A DNA stretch of 64,000 nt. It comes from Pseudogymnoascus verrucosus (taxonomy: Eukaryota). Position numbers and translations under genes: made by a program. Positions 1 to 13,994 of this stretch are shown here, piece after piece. The stretch lies in the NCBI GenBank assembly GCA_001662655.1, contig KV460225.1. One strand, 5' to 3'. The notes beneath the pieces were generated by a model, which was given only the letters and a program-made list of their open reading frames with translations, had not been told where the DNA came from and did no database searches. Numbering within the stretch: the stretch's first letter is position 1; each line of letters begins with the position of its first letter.

Positions 1-181
1 TTTGTGGGGGGAGGGGGAGTGTTGTAAAAAATGGAGAGGGGATGGATGGGTGGGATAATAGGGCGTTTAATAGGATGGATGATGTGGTTCAGTTGGTAGT
101 TGGTATATATACATCTTTTTCCCGTGCTTCTTCTACTTATTTTCCGTATGCTGAGGTGTGTGGGATTACATTTTATCTGGG

Positions 182-203
182 GTAGTAGTAGTAGTAGTAG
201 TAG
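182..203. repeat. (TAG)n microsatellite
   Basis: About 7 tandem TAG units, read directly. Confidence 0.85.
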
Positions 204-2921
204 CTCAGGAATCAGCAAACGCGGGGAAGCGGTGAGTTAGCTGCTGCACAGCACTGCACTGGTGTATAGTACAGTAATTAGGGGAAGTTCAAAAGCATCA
301 ACCACCCGTTCATCCCAACGCCGCATGTGACGTCCCCTGACATCTCGGCGCATCGGCTTAGGCAAAAGCGTGTTTACGGCCTCTCTGCTTGGCATCTGCA
401 TGCCCTGCCCTGCCTGTCTTGTGGTGGTTCTCGGCTCAGTTGTAAAAAAAAACGTAACTGGATTAGGAGACACGTGATGTGTAATCTTAAAACCCCTCGT
501 AGGAGTGGAGAAGGGGGGATAAGGAGTTTCTTGATGGGGAGGGAGGTAATTTCGGTGGGTTTATGCGGAGGTGATGTGGTGTGTTGATAGGAGTTACTGT
601 GTGTAATGGATGAGAGGTGCACGGGGTGGGTGGTGGAATACTGGGGAGTGAGAGGGCTGTGAGAGAGGTGGTGGTGATACAGACCTCTACCCAGCTACGG
701 CTGGAGTAAGTCAAGACGACTTCACTACGCGTGTGCACAATGATCTACCACTATAATAGCCATGTCTCTCCAACCCGTCTCTCTGGTGATACACCACTAC
801 ACGCCACCACCACCACCCAGCTTCCAGCGATAGATCATCCTGTGTCTAGGAAGCCTAGTGTGTTTCCTCCTCGTATCTCGGACGGGCTGGACTGGTCGGT
901 AAGATGCGCATGAGTCGGTCTAATCGGGGGAAAGGGGGAAGGGGGTTAAGTGATCGGTTCCTAGGTTAGTGGTGATCGGGTTCCTGGGCCGTTTGGGGAT
1001 GGGGTAGAGTAGAGTGCTCATGGCGGTGGTGCGTATAACGGTTACGGTGCCGTAGAGTAGTTCACGTGAAAGTTGAGGAAGTGTGTATGGGGCGCATATG
1101 GGGGAGGGTAAATGTAGTGGAGAGAGGAGGCTGGATGGTGCAGTGGACAGAGACAAAAATAGGAATAACGGGCTGGCCTGGCCGGCTGCGTTGATCGTCA
1201 TCTCGTGTCAAACGGCGTGGCGGCCGTGGCGGAAAAGAAAAGAAAAAAACTCGTCTCCCGGCTGGAAAAATATTAAATTACCGGCCGCCTCGACTGAATA
1301 GGGGATGGGATTAGCTAGAACGGGAAATTAAGAGCACAGTTTTAGTAGTGTTAGTAGCCTAGTTATCGTACTATAGTAGAATAGTAGAGTAAGAAGGGCC
1401 ATCGGATTAGACCGTCTACTACCACCACGGTGTATCTAAATGTCTTGGCCTTGGGTCTGGGAAAAAAAGTCAATTTCCGAGACAAAATGTTTCTCCCTGT
1501 TGTTGTGGGCGAGCGATTAGGTAGAGAAAAGAAGCGGGATTTCCGTGTTTTGCGGTAGGCGGGAGATGTACGATGATGTGCGGGCTGTGCTGTGTATGTG
1601 TATGTGTATGTACTGTGAGCTGGCAGACTTCATGGGATTAGAGTTTGAGATATAATAGGAGAAGTGTCACGGGTTTAGGGAGGATCTTTTTTTAAGATGG
1701 CAGGCACAAGGGGTGAGGTGAGGCTTCTCCTTTTGGATAAACACCACACACGGACACGACAGACAGACAACCGTGAAAAAGACGTTAGAATAACTGTCTA
1801 TCGACCAACTATTTAGTACTGTAGCATAGAGTGGTGTACAGCGCATTAGCCTGTCGTTTTTCTACTAGGAACAGCCCAGTACTAACTCACAGGTCCACCC
1901 GTATTTCTGGTGTCGGCCGTCTCAAACTCCTCACTTTCCTAGCCACTGCTAACTAACTCTAGTTACTAGATGGTCGTTAGTGAGGTCTAGAGTGGTGGTT
2001 AGTGGCTCCGCCATCCATCGTTTTGTTCGATTTGTCTAGAGAAAGAGACATGTTAGATGGGCTAGAGGGGCTAGAGGGGAGGAGGAGGAACGGATAGGCG
2101 GTGGAGAGACAGTAGAGACACCAGAGACATGCTCTAGCCGCAGTCACGCCAGCCACCGCGATTCATGGGGAGTGGCGTGAGGAGAATGAGAGGAGAGTAC
2201 GCGGTATAGCACGTATAATGCACTGTGAGGCGGGCAAGGCGCTCAATCCGTATAGCACACGCGGCTGTACATTATAGTAGTGAGGTAGAAGAAGAAGGCT
2301 TAGCAGATACTGCATTGCATACTGTAGACTACAGGCTGTTAGCTATAGACTGCAGACGACTTGTAGGCATACAGCTAGCATAGCCTCTCTTTTGCCATTG
2401 ACAACGACTAATAATACGATTAAACCTCAATCTTCAATCTTCAATCTCCAATCTCGGAAACATCTAATTAACTATACTATAACTATAATTGCTATATTAT
2501 ACTTTACCATATTACCCTACACGGACCATCCCTTTCCCTCGCTTTTTCTTCTTGCCTTCCCTCTTTCTCCTACGCCTCTCCTACGCCAAGGTACAACCAC
2601 ATCGCACCACAGCTCTATACGATTTCCATGTACCACCCCGGACTCGGCTACCCACGTCCTCTCCCTCCTCCTCCACCACCCCCCAACCACCAACCACAAT
2701 CCTCCAACCACCAACTTACGCTACTAACAACGGACGTTCCCTGACCGACAACCACTCACCCCCAAAGACTCCCGATTCACCACTACCACTACCACCACCC
2801 AACGTCCCATCCGTGAAAGAAGAATCACCACCTCGACACAGCGACACAAACAACACACCTCACCCCCTCCGACCCGCGAACGACAAGGACTCCCATCCGG
2901 AGTCGGCTGGAAAACCCATCA

Positions 2922-4585
2922 ATGGCGTCAAGCAGCAGCAATGTCGTCGGTGTGCACTATCGCGTCGGGAAGAAGATTGGAGAGGGCTCCTTTGGTGTCA
3001 TATTCGAAGGCACCAACCTGTTGAACAACCAGCAGGTCGCCATCAAATTCGTACGTTTCACCCAACCCTTTCACCTCCATTGACTGTCGAGCATGGAGAG
3101 AGACGTGGACAGCAGGCACTGTCTATTAAAGGGCTTCACCGCTTCACCCACGAATTGATTGTAGCTGACGATTGTTTCAATCTTAGGAACCACGCAAGAG
3201 CGATGCTCCTCAGCTGCGTGACGAGTACCGGACGTACAAGATCTTGGTTGGATGCCGTGAGTACACCTCATCTTCGACAACACTCTGCCATGACTGACAA
3301 TGAAACAGCGGGCATTCCGAATGTCTACTACTTCGGCCAGGAGGGCCTCCACAACATCCTCGTTATCGACCTGTTAGGCCCCTCCCTCGAGGACCTCTTC
3401 GACCACTGCAATAGACGCTTCTCGATCAAGACTGTGGTTATGGTGGCAAAGCAGATGGTATGTACTTCCACCACACCGCCAACGCGTCAACCCCTAACCT
3501 TTTGCACAGCTGTCGAGAGTCCAAACGATCCACGAGAAGAACTTAATCTACAGAGACATCAAGCCAGACAACTTCCTGATTGGCAGGTCAGGCTCCAAGG
3601 CGGCCAATGTCATCCACGTTGTCGACTTCGGCATGGCCAAGCAATACCGCGACCCGAAGACGAAGCAGCACATCCCATACCGTGAGCGGAAATCTCTGTC
3701 TGGAACCGCACGTTACATGTCTATCAACACACATTTGGGACGCGAGCAATCACGCCGTGACGACCTGGAGGCCCTCGGACATGTGTTCATGTACTTCCTC
3801 CGCGGCGGACTACCATGGCAAGGTCTGAAGGCTGCCACCAACAAGCAAAAGTACGAGAAGATCGGTGAGAAGAAGCAGACCACGCCCATCCCCGAGCTCT
3901 GCAACGGCTTCCCGGAGGAGCTCAACAAGTACCTCAGCTACGTGCGCAACCTCGGCTTCGAGGACACCCCCGACTACGACTACCTGCGCGACCTCTTCAC
4001 GCAAGCCCTCAAGGGTTCCGGCGAGATCGAAGACGGCGAGTACGACTGGATGAAGCTCAACAACGGCAAGGGCTGGGAGGCAACCAAACAGCACCAGTCC
4101 CAGCATTTAATGCACCAAGCCAACGTCGCGCAGGGCGCCTCGAACCGCGAGCTCCACGGCACGACGCGCGCGACGGGCTCGACACCGGGCCACCTCACCG
4201 CCGCCCGTTTAAACGCCGCGCAGCCCCCGCCCCCCTCGCCCGCCAAGGCCGGGCTGGGGAAGATGCGCGACCAGCCAAGCGGGCCAGGCAGGCTGGCGCC
4301 GAAGCGCGCGAGCGGCGCGGCGGGGCACGGGGGCGAGCTGACGCCGGCGGGGTCGACGCAGGCCCAGTTCCAGAACTCGAGCAATAACCTCCCGCAGAGG
4401 ATGGTGCAGCAGCCGAATATGGTTGCGCAGCAGATGGGGAATGGAAGGGTGGAGGAGGAGGCGCAGCCGCAGGGGTTCCAGAAGTTTTTGAAGACGATAT
4501 GTTGCAGTACGTATATTCCCCGTTCCGTTGGCGGTGGGCCGGAAGACAAGGTGCAGTGACAGTGACTAACTAGACAACAGGATGA
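2922..4585 (+). CDS. Casein kinase I, membrane-anchored Yck1/2/Cki1 type; 5 exons
   Basis: Spliced protein begins [28 protein letters not shown] and contains [17 protein letters not shown] and [20 protein letters not shown] introns start near 3051, 3257, 3458 and 4507. Spliced C-terminus is TICCR-stop with a Cys-Cys lipidation motif. Confidence 0.95.
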
Positions 4586-5209
4586 TCGACCCTATGACTC
4601 TAGAGAACCCAGAAAAATCGCAATGAAATGTATAATGCCGCCCTCACCACCCATCACCTCTCCCTCCCATCCAGCAGATCCAGTCTGATCCAGTCCCAAA
4701 ACGCAACTCCGCCGGACCAGGGGAAAGAAACAAGGCCACACCACACACACACACAACAAACAAAACTTTCATATATCTCTCCACTTGTGTCGCTTCTGCA
4801 TGGTCTGGGCGGCGCGGGCGACTCTTATCTCGGCATTATATGGACGCGTTCGGGGCATGGGATGGAGCGTGCGTGTACATGACGGATCCCTTTTCTCGCT
4901 CTCTCTCACACTTGTTTCTCTCTCCAAAAGTGCCGATTCGCCTCGCCCTCGCACAGACACAGGCTCTACGCTTTTCCAACTCTCGCCAATCTCGCTCCAT
5001 CATCGTCGTCGATATTCAGCACCCAGGGGTCCTTTTACGCACCCGCGGCGACAGATTGGCTTACAAATCCGCCAATATCGGGAGGGGGACAGGAACGCGA
5101 AAAGGGGCGACTTAATATATCTATCTCAATCTCTCTATTTCCTTTCCCCCCTTCGAGCAAAAAACTTTTGTCTGTCAGAAGCGCGCCGGGTGTTGCTTGC
5201 GGACGTACA

Positions 5210-5215
<6 letters not shown>

Positions 5216-5240
<25 letters not shown>
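5216..5240. repeat. (TC)n microsatellite
   Basis: Run of TC dinucleotides. Confidence 0.8.
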
Positions 5241-5241
<1 letters not shown>

Positions 5242-6124
5242 TTTTAAACTCGCGTCATGTCAGAGCGCGGGTGTCAGGTGTCGTGGGGTTTATAGCGGGT
5301 GTTTTTCTTGTCTGTTTTGTTTTCCTTTGTTATTTTCGTTGAGGAGGGTTAATGTGTGGAGGCGGGAAGGGAAGATGGAGAGAAGGGTGTGGGGAGGGGA
5401 GGTAGATGGCTGGTACATGGATTGGAGGGTGGCGAGGGGAGGGAGAGGGGAAAGGGGGGTGGGGAGAGGTAGATAGAAAGTAGAGACTGGGGTGGGGGAA
5501 AGTTTGATGATGTATTTTCAAGTTAACTACGGTGTGGTTTGTGCGTGTGATGTGATGTGACATGTTCTTCGATTCAGGGGAATGGAGGGCTGAGTAACTA
5601 CGAGACTTACACCCCGCCCGTCCTCTACCTGATGGCAACTCTCAGACAGCAAACACATTGACATAAAGGACATACGACCCCCCCTCCCAACCCATTCACG
5701 ACACCCACCCCAAGGGCCCGCACGTCACCCACTTCGTTTCTCCCCCGTGAACGATAAACAAGATGACTTATTTCTAGTAGTTATATTTTTCGAATTTCCT
5801 TTCCTTCATGTTTCTGAGAAAAATGCTGCTCAAAAGTTACAAGAGACCACGGCCACCGACCGTCCGATGATAGACAGATAACCCAGATACATATGTAAAA
5901 CACCCCTATTTTGGAAAAAGCCCGGTATGCGTTGCTCATTACCCACGTTCCGCGCGTCGTTCTACCACCACTACCACCACTGCCACCACCGCCTATTCTC
6001 CCCCCTCCTCTTCCTCCCTTTCCTTCTTCTGCCTCCCTCCCATCTTCATTCTATCAATCTATCCCCGGCACCATTAAAGTAGTTTTTCGTCAAACAGACA
6101 GACAACCAGCTGAGAGGGAAGCGT

Positions 6125-7056
6125 CTAGGTAAGCTTCTGCTTGATGAAGAAGGAGCGCAGATGAGAGAGTTGCCACGCGCATGTGATACCCAGGACGGCG
6201 AGCTGGATGAGGGTCCAGCGCACGACGCGGGAGTTGGTGGCTTCGGATTGATCGCGGAATTCGGCTTCACGCTCCTATTATCCCGTATTAGCATTGTCTC
6301 CAAAACTCGCCCCGTTCCCCATTCCCACTTCCCCCCAATCAAATACGACGGGGAGAAACGGGCGGTATGGAAGAAATGGAAGGGGGGAAGAAAGACGTAC
6401 ACGCTGAAACAGCTGCTCCCTCTTAATATCCATCAACCTCCCATTCAAATCCTTGACCTTCTGCACCAGATCCGTGATCTTGCCATGGTCATCCGTCTCG
6501 ATCTCCGAGGTCGTACCGATGGCCAGATCCAGCGTCAGCTTGACGCCGCCGAGCGATTGGCCGCCGAGCCAGCCGGAGTGGCCCGTTGAGTGCGAGGGGG
6601 TGAAGCAGATCCTGTGGTCGCCGGAGTCGGCGGAGGTGAAGGTGATCTTGCCGCTGGATTGGCCGCGGCTGGAGACGATGCGGTGGTCGTTGTCGAAGAC
6701 TTCCTTGGGGGGTGTTAGAGTTGGTTTTTCTCTCAAATTAAACCAAATAAAGAGAGAAGGTAGAGAAAAAGTAGGGCGAAGGGAGGAGGAAGGAGGGATG
6801 AATTGGGGAGCTGCTGAGGGAGCTGGGGATGCCATACCTCGACTGAGATGAAGATATTCAGGTTATCATTCTTCACATATCTATTCTGATCCAGATTAAA
6901 CTCCTCAGCCTTATACTGTCCAACGACCAACGTATCCTTCGGCAGCCGCTCAAAGAAACACTTCGGGTTCGTGCCCTCAATGTAGAAGTACAGCGATTGC
7001 ACGGGGACGAGCAGCGTCGCGGCCGCCAGCGAGAGCGCGGGCAGGAAGGAGCGCAT
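6125..7056 (-). CDS. p24/emp24 GOLD-domain ER-Golgi cargo receptor (alpha-like); 3 exons
   Basis: Signal peptide followed by [22 protein letters not shown], a coiled coil ending IKREQLFQR, and a C-terminal tail [15 protein letters not shown]. Confidence 0.92.
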
Positions 7057-7502
7057 GGCTGTGCTGCTTGCTGTGTGTAGCTGTGACTATTCGAGAGGGA
7101 GAGAGACGACGAGGCGCGTGATGGTGAGGAGGAGTCGTGGGGGTTGAGGTGTCGTGTGTGGTGGTAGCTCTCTCTCTCTCGTGCTATTTTGACAGCGGCC
7201 ACGGTTCCAGATTCCAATGCGCGGTCAGGGGTGTGGAGCCAGAGGTGTTTGTGTCACGTGAGTTGGGGGTGGTGGTGGGTATCCAGTAATCGGTCGCGGT
7301 TGCTTGACGGGCTTCCTTAAATCTTTAGACACTCCCAAAAAGGAACACCAACTCGACGACGGATCTTTATTCCTTTCGCGACACAACAACTTACAACTTA
7401 TCGTCGCAACAAGTTTATCAATCTCAGAGGGAGTGGGGAATTGAGATATACAGGGTACACGATCGAAATACGACGCGCAGCTGCGCATTTCGACGATTCA
7501 CG

Positions 7503-9176
7503 ATGACGTCCCTCGATGTGCGCGACATGCTGGACCTGCCCAATAGTGCCGGTCCGCGCCCAGCGAAGAAACAAAAACTCACCAACGCGAGACCCAACTT
7601 GAAGGGATTACAACGTGAGGTTCAGAGCCTGGGGGGGGACAACCCGATCTCGATTGTGCCAGCAGTCCCCCAGTTCAAGAAGAGGAGGCTTGTGAGCCGC
7701 AAGCCAGCCGCGAAATGGGAGTTGAAGCCCTTCAAGAATAGTGCGAGGGAGGATGACATGAAGCTGAAGCACTGGAGGAGGAAAGTTGAAGTGCCGCCGA
7801 AGCAAGAGGCGCAGGAGGGAGAGGGTGGAGAGGCGGCGGCAGAGGGTGAAGTGAAGGAGGAAGTGGACGACTCGGCATTCGCAAAGTTCAATGTCCAAGT
7901 CAACATCCCCAAATACGACGACGAACAATACGAAGCCAAGCTCAAGAACGAAGACTGGACCAAAGAAGAAACAGACTACCTAATGCAAACAGCGCGCGAC
8001 TTCGACCTCAGATGGCCTCTCGTCTGGGACCGCTACGAATACCAGCCCGCCCCTCCCCCCGAAGGCACCGAGAGCACCGCCCTCGTCCCCGAACTCAAAC
8101 CCCGCACCCTCGAAGACCTCAAAGCGCGCTACTACGACGTCGCTGCGAAGATGATGTCTGTCCACCGCCCCGTCCAGTTCATGAGCCAGGTCGAATTCAG
8201 CCTGCACCAGCTCATGTCGTCTTTCAACCCTGTACAAGAAGCGCTGCGCAAACGATTCGCTGAGAACGCTATGTCGCGCAGCTCTGAGGAGCGCCGTGAG
8301 GAGGAGAGTCTACTTATCGAACTCAAGCGCATCATGGCGCGCTCGGAGCGCCTCAACGAGGAGCGCAAGGACTTGTACGCTCGTCTTGACGCACCACTCA
8401 GCAGCAGCAATGTAGGCGTCTATACCACCTCTGCAGGCCTGCAGCAGCTCGTCCAGCAGCTCATGAATGCCGATAAGTCCAAGAAGCGGAAATCGATCCT
8501 TGGCCCCGAGGGAACCCCTACGGCTGGACCTGGCGCAGCGCCTGTCGATCGCCGCGATAGCACCGCCGTGCGCGAGCCCGCGGCCGCCACGCCAGTGACA
8601 GCCAAGAAGGGCGGTGCGGGCCCAGCGGAGCGACGCAAGCTGAGCGAGGAGGACCAAGTTGTCTTCGGTGTATCGACACACGACCGCCTCCAGAGCGGCC
8701 CACAGTTCCGCTACGACCGCATCGCCAAGATGGTCAGTAGTCGCTCGGCGGTGCTGGCGAGCCGAATCACGAATGTGCTTACTGAGCTGGAGATCCCGCC
8801 GCGTCTGGTGATGCCGACCCTTGAGGTTGGGACGGCGTTCGAGGCGCTGCTGGGGAGCATTAATGTCCTACTTGATACGCGGAAGGCGTCGGATAAGCTG
8901 GATGGAGAGATTAAACTTGCGGAGGCGCAGAAGGCGGAGAGGGAGAAGAAGGAGGGGAAGAAGAAGGAGGAGGAGGGGGGGCAGGAGGAGGGGGAGAAGG
9001 AGACGGAGGCAGAGGTGGAGAAAGAGGGAGAGATTAAGGCTGAGGGGGGAGAGAAGGAGAGGAGTGTTTCGGTGGCTAGGGCGGGGTCGGTGCAGGCGCA
9101 GACGGCGGCGCATAAGAGGAGTGCGAGCGTTTTGAGTCAGGTTAGTGATAAGAGCACGAAGAGGCAGAAGAAGTAG
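7503..9176 (+). CDS. SWC4: SWR1/NuA4 complex subunit Swc4 (DMAP1 homolog)
   Basis: 557-aa ORF with MTSLDVRDML, WELKPFKNSAR..LKHW, SANT domain WTKEETDYL..FDLRWPLVWDRY, and RTLEDLKARYY. Confidence 0.93.
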   Translation: MTSLDVRDMLDLPNSAGPRPAKKQKLTNARPNLKGLQREVQSLGGDNPISIVPAVPQFKKRRLVSRKPAAKWELKPFKNSAREDDMKLKHWRRKVEVPPKQEAQEGEGGEAAAEGEVKEEVDDSAFAKFNVQVNIPKYDDEQYEAKLKNEDWTKEETDYLMQTARDFDLRWPLVWDRYEYQPAPPPEGTESTALVPELKPRTLEDLKARYYDVAAKMMSVHRPVQFMSQVEFSLHQLMSSFNPVQEALRKRFAENAMSRSSEERREEESLLIELKRIMARSERLNEERKDLYARLDAPLSSSNVGVYTTSAGLQQLVQQLMNADKSKKRKSILGPEGTPTAGPGAAPVDRRDSTAVREPAAATPVTAKKGGAGPAERRKLSEEDQVVFGVSTHDRLQSGPQFRYDRIAKMVSSRSAVLASRITNVLTELEIPPRLVMPTLEVGTAFEALLGSINVLLDTRKASDKLDGEIKLAEAQKAEREKKEGKKKEEEGGQEEGEKETEAEVEKEGEIKAEGGEKERSVSVARAGSVQAQTAAHKRSASVLSQVSDKSTKRQKK

Positions 9177-9688
9177 ATGGCTTGTTAAAGGGGGTTGGTG
9201 CTGTATAATAGGGTTGTTGCTGGGTTTAGCGATGGTGCTGTGGTGTACGAATATCATGATTAATTAATACACATTATGCTTCTATACTTTGTATGGATTT
9301 TAGGGCGGAGATGGGGTCACGGGGGTGCATGTTTGAGGCTGGGGAAATTCAAGGCTGTGTGTATTCGACCATGAGCTCAGCTAGTGATAGATATTGAAAA
9401 CGGGAACGGTCATTTGGGTCTTACGCGTGTCAACAAGTGATAGTAATATATTCCATTACCGCAGCACCCTAGCTACTTCAAATACATCCTCCATATCTCG
9501 ATTCGAGGTCCCCATGCGCCGTGTGTGTATCTAGTGCTCAAAATCTCCAAAACAAACCTCCGGCCACCCTTCCCCCTCGCTCCGCTGAGTCTTGTCACTC
9601 GATAGCCGCGTCTCAGTCCGTTATACACCCCCACCGCCATCTTACAAGGCCCATTGCGAGAGAGCTCTAACTACGTCCCATCCCCAGC

Positions 9689-11034
9689 TCAATCATCCTC
9701 GCAATACATCGACTCCGTATCCTCCAACGCCCTCATCACCTCCTCAATCTCCTTCGGATCACTAATCCCCCACACCCCACCCCCCTTCACCGTATCCTTC
9801 CCCCTCATCCCCACCTCCTTCCCCACGAGATTCCTCCCCACCTTCCCCGGCCCAACCCCAATCCAGCGACGCACCTTCTGCTCCTGGTCGAGGTACTTAA
9901 TACTATCCCACCAGCGCACGGTATCCACACACTGCCGTGTCCATTTATCCTTCAACTCCGCCTTCGACGTTATCGGCCTCGCAGACACGTTGGAGACTAT
10001 CTCCATCACACCCGGCCACATCACTATATCCTCCTCCTCGCGCCCGACAACCCTACTCTTCCCATCCAGCAGCCTCCTCATCATCCCACTCGCGGGCTTC
10101 ATCAGCGGGCTGTGGAAGGGGGAATCGCTCTTCAGCCTTACAGCTCTAGGATCATGACCTCCAAAGCTCCGCACGTGCGTCAGGAGAGTGCGGATCATAT
10201 TGATATTCCCACTCAACACGATCTGGTTCTTGCTATTGATATTCGCAATAGACACCTGCTGAATCGGCGGGACGTCCTCCCCGCTATTCGTCTTAACGCC
10301 CGCGTCATTGTGGCCGATGAAATCTTGGATGGCAGCTATGAGCGGCCGGAGGTGGTCCGGCTCGGTGACGAGAGCGATCATGCCGTACTCGCCGCCGAAC
10401 TCCTCTGTAGCCTTACGGGAGCACTCAGCCATTATCTCCGCGCGTCGGCGAACCAAATACAGCGAGTCCTGAAACGTGACATAGCCCCCCGCAACTAGGG
10501 CAGCGAACTCCCCCAAGGAGTGTCCCAGCGTGACATCGCAGCGCGAGGGGGGGTGGAACCCGAACTCCGCCTCGAGAACGCGCAGGATCATGATGGAGGT
10601 TGCCATGATAGCGGGCTGAGAGTGGATGGTAGCCGTGAGCGCGCTATTGGGGCCTTCTTCAATGAGGGTGGATAGCTTGTAGCCCAGGAGGTGGTCGACT
10701 TCTTCGATGGTTGGGCCGGCGCTGCGGGGGAAGGCATCGAGCCATGGCTTGAGCATGCCGACTTTTTGGACGCCTTGGCCTGGGGGGAACGCGTTAGAGA
10801 GGTGCAAAGGAGGGGGGTTAGAATAGGCGTACCTGGGAAGAAGAGCGCGGTTCGTGGCCGGCGTTTTGTCATTATAGACCGCTCCTGCCGCTGTGAACTG
10901 GTATATAGAGGGTGTTGTAGTCCAGACCGACTACCTTGCCGGCCAGGGATCGCGCTCAAGGTCTCACATCTCAGGATGGCCTCGCTGGCGAATCCTGGCC
11001 GAGTAGCAGCTAGGCCCGTAGCCAGGGTCCTCAT
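9689..11034 (-). CDS. MCT1: Mitochondrial malonyl-CoA:ACP transacylase
   Basis: RTALFFPG|QG across an intron at ~10779-10832; GHSLGE nucleophile motif; NINSKNQIVLSG; SPFHS; VRWWDSI; GPGKV. Arg-rich N-terminus fits a presequence; the start codon is uncertain. Confidence 0.9.
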
Positions 11035-11828
11035 GGTGAGGGATCACAGTTTGGGGATGTGGTGGTGTTCTGGTGAGACCATCGCGTTTTCTTGGGTCTG
11101 CATTGCTCGCTGGACGTCGCCTGGCGAGGTCGGGATGGATGGCACCGAGACCCCACGTTTTCCGACAATGTTTAGGGGAGTTCAAAGGCCGCGCGGGTAC
11201 TGCTCGGCTTAGGAAAAGTGTTGTTCCGGGTGTTGGTCATGGCGGATCCGCGGATCCCTTTTGGCCGGTAAATGTCCACGGTTAGGAGTAGATGATTTTA
11301 GGATTTGTACGTAAATTACAAAGAACAGCATAGTATTGGTGGAATTCCAAGATATTCGGTAGTAAAACAGATGGAGATATACTCTCTTCGGCTGGAAATA
11401 TATACCATTGGCTTCCGAAGCAACGCTATCTATCGCATCTAGCAATTCAACCATTTGCCTAGCTCTTTTGTCTTTGGCGTAGCCATAAATACTGTTCCCA
11501 GACATATACCCACGATCCCTTTTCAACGCCAGGCAAAAACCTCCAATCTAAATAATATTCAGCTACAAACATAATCCAAACAACATAAACAACATAAACA
11601 AAATTAATAAATCTAAATATCAATCAATTATCAAAAACATAGAACCTACAAGAGCTTTCATATACCTACCCCTGGCACAGCTCTGGTAATAAACGTGACC
11701 GCCCCCCTACCATTGGCCCAGCCGCCAACGTCACCCATCCCCAAACACTCCCAATTCCTCAGCCTCAGCCTCGCGCCGCACCACCACCCCGAACACTCAC
11801 AGCTCCACCACCACAACCCACAACAGCA

Positions 11829-12566
11829 ATGGCAACCACGCCCTCAATAGCCTGCATAGGCATAATAGGGAAAGCCGTAAATGCCCCTCCTCCTCCTCCC
11901 CCCTTCCATGTGCCAAGTCTTTAACTAACCACCTCTCTCCAACAGAACAACCCCCTCCACATATCCATCTTCCCCACCTGCCCCCCTCAATCCCCTGGCG
12001 GCTTCCCAGAACCCCTCCTCACCCCGCTGCAGACATCGCTTCTGCTATCGTCGACGCTGGATATTTTTGAGGCGCGCGCGCGTGCGAATGCGCTGAATGG
12101 ACAGGGGTTGAGTTCCGACTATGGACTGTTGAAGAATGTGGATGAGCGGTTGGCGATGTTTGGGTGGGAGACGAATACCGGGGTGAGGTTTGTGGTGGGT
12201 GTTGATATGAGGGGGAATGGGGGGGAGAGGGAGGAGGAGGTGAGGAGGGGGAAGGGTGTTGTTGGTGGACTGGGGTTGAGGGAGGGGGAAATGAAGATTG
12301 TGAGTTTTGTTGCGTGTCTCTGGATACCTGTGGTGGTGTTCAGCTTCGCTGGGGAAGGATGGGGATGAGCTGGGACTAACATTCTTTTGTAGGTTTTCCG
12401 AGCCATCCAAACAGCATACGTCCGCCTCCTCCAGAATCCCTTCTACGAACCCGATGACCACAGCCCGTTGACGGGACACGGGGGGAAGAAGATCGAGAGC
12501 CGACGGTTTTCGGATGAGATGAAGAGGATTGGAGCGAACTGGAAGGCGGGGGCGATGACACTGTGA
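11829..12566 (+). CDS. TRAPP complex sedlin-family subunit (TRAPPC2L/Tca17-like); 3 exons
   Basis: MATTPSIACIGIIGKA|NNPLHI, DYGLLKNVDERLAMFGWETNTGVRFVVGVD, and VFRAIQTAYVRLLQNPFY. Confidence 0.85.
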
Positions 12567-13994
12567 TTATGATGGCAGGTGCGTTCATGGTGGAGATGTG
12601 GGAGTGCTGGTGTTTGATATGGGTTAGCATGGCGAGGCGTTATTGGGAAGTGAAGTTTGGGAGATTCTTACAACGTGAAGTTGTTTAAGATGATCGTCGG
12701 CTGGGATATACTCTCGGTGTTGCGATAGAATGAATTCAAGGCTTAAAAAAGCCAAAGGTTTCCCAAGTGTCTTTCGATCTTACTTGACATCTCTTACCTG
12801 ATTGCAGAAACGCATCTACAGTGCCAATACTGGCAGCAGTGATACAGAAGAGTTCGACTCTTCCTTCACCTCTTATTTTTCTGGATACCACCAACTCTTC
12901 GAAACATGCTTACTCTCTTCCTAACTGGGTGATACCGGAGACCACATTTCTTGGATCCATGCTCTCTCTCAGTTCTTGATCAACCACCTGCTTCCTTACC
13001 CGTTCGATTGGAAGCAATATATTGCACCATCTACATTGCCATTTACTTCCTCTGCCTTATACTCCAACCTCGAAGAGCAACTTCTCTTTTCCTTCCATCA
13101 ACCTACTCTTGCTTCTATTGAACAGGTGGCAGCTGCAATACTTCGAACATCTATTATGCTTGGAGCCCATAATACCGACCATATTATCACTGAAGAGTTT
13201 CTCTGCCTTCGTCATACATACCAACCCCAGCCGCCCAACGCCTCTCACACCAACCTACTCTGTTCAGCTTCAGCACAGTGCTGATACAATCAATTCCAGA
13301 CTAACCCGATTCTTTACAGAAAAAGATTATCCAGATCGGAAGAACAATTCGACTTCACTTCAAAAGTGGCCTTCATCAGACATCTGGTAAGTGATAAATA
13401 CCTTCATTATCATGCGTTGATAATTTGGCTTCGCTAGTTGGGATTTCCATCCCACGCCAAAGTTTCAGTCACGGTGGACGGATTAGCCATCCCCAAGCAC
13501 TGTCATCTTTTTTAGCGGGCATAATTTCTGTCCGCTAATTGCACTGGCATTACATGTCGCTGCATTACGCTCCTGAGAGGCTATACTGCTGCGGCATAAC
13601 TGGCAATGGGATATATACTCTCAGCTGCCAGCCAGAACACAGCTCTCTCTTTTCTAATTGCTATCTTACTACCTATTTTTTTTTTCGCTTTAGTCGCATT
13701 GTTCTCATCTTTCTATCACTGGCCACATCATTCTCATAGCTTTCTTTTGATAACATATGACATCTTCAATTCCTGTGGTTGAAGCTTGAGCCTGCTTTCA
13801 ACCACAGGTCTTGCATTGTTTGTTCCAGAGTGGACGGTCTCATTCTCACTTTGGCACATAAAGTTTATCAAGTCATATTGTTACCTGCTCATTCTTTCCT
13901 TTTCTTTTCGTGCACATTAGCCAGTCATAATATTGCCTGCTTTTGAGCCAGCAGACAGTATGATAACCAACTTACACGCTCACAATTAGTCACA

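Noticed and set aside
1..2900. Several short ORFs and the 398-aa ORF at 2489-3685
   Set aside because: Low-complexity intergenic or UTR sequence. The long ORF matches CK1 only in one exon and otherwise reads through UTR and introns.
11209..11526. 105-aa minus-strand ORF between MCT1 and the TRAPP gene
   Set aside because: No recognisable motif, non-ATG start, and located in an AT-rich spacer
12700..13750. Short ORFs upstream of the zinc-cluster gene
   Set aside because: No coherent exon structure or family signature that I can support
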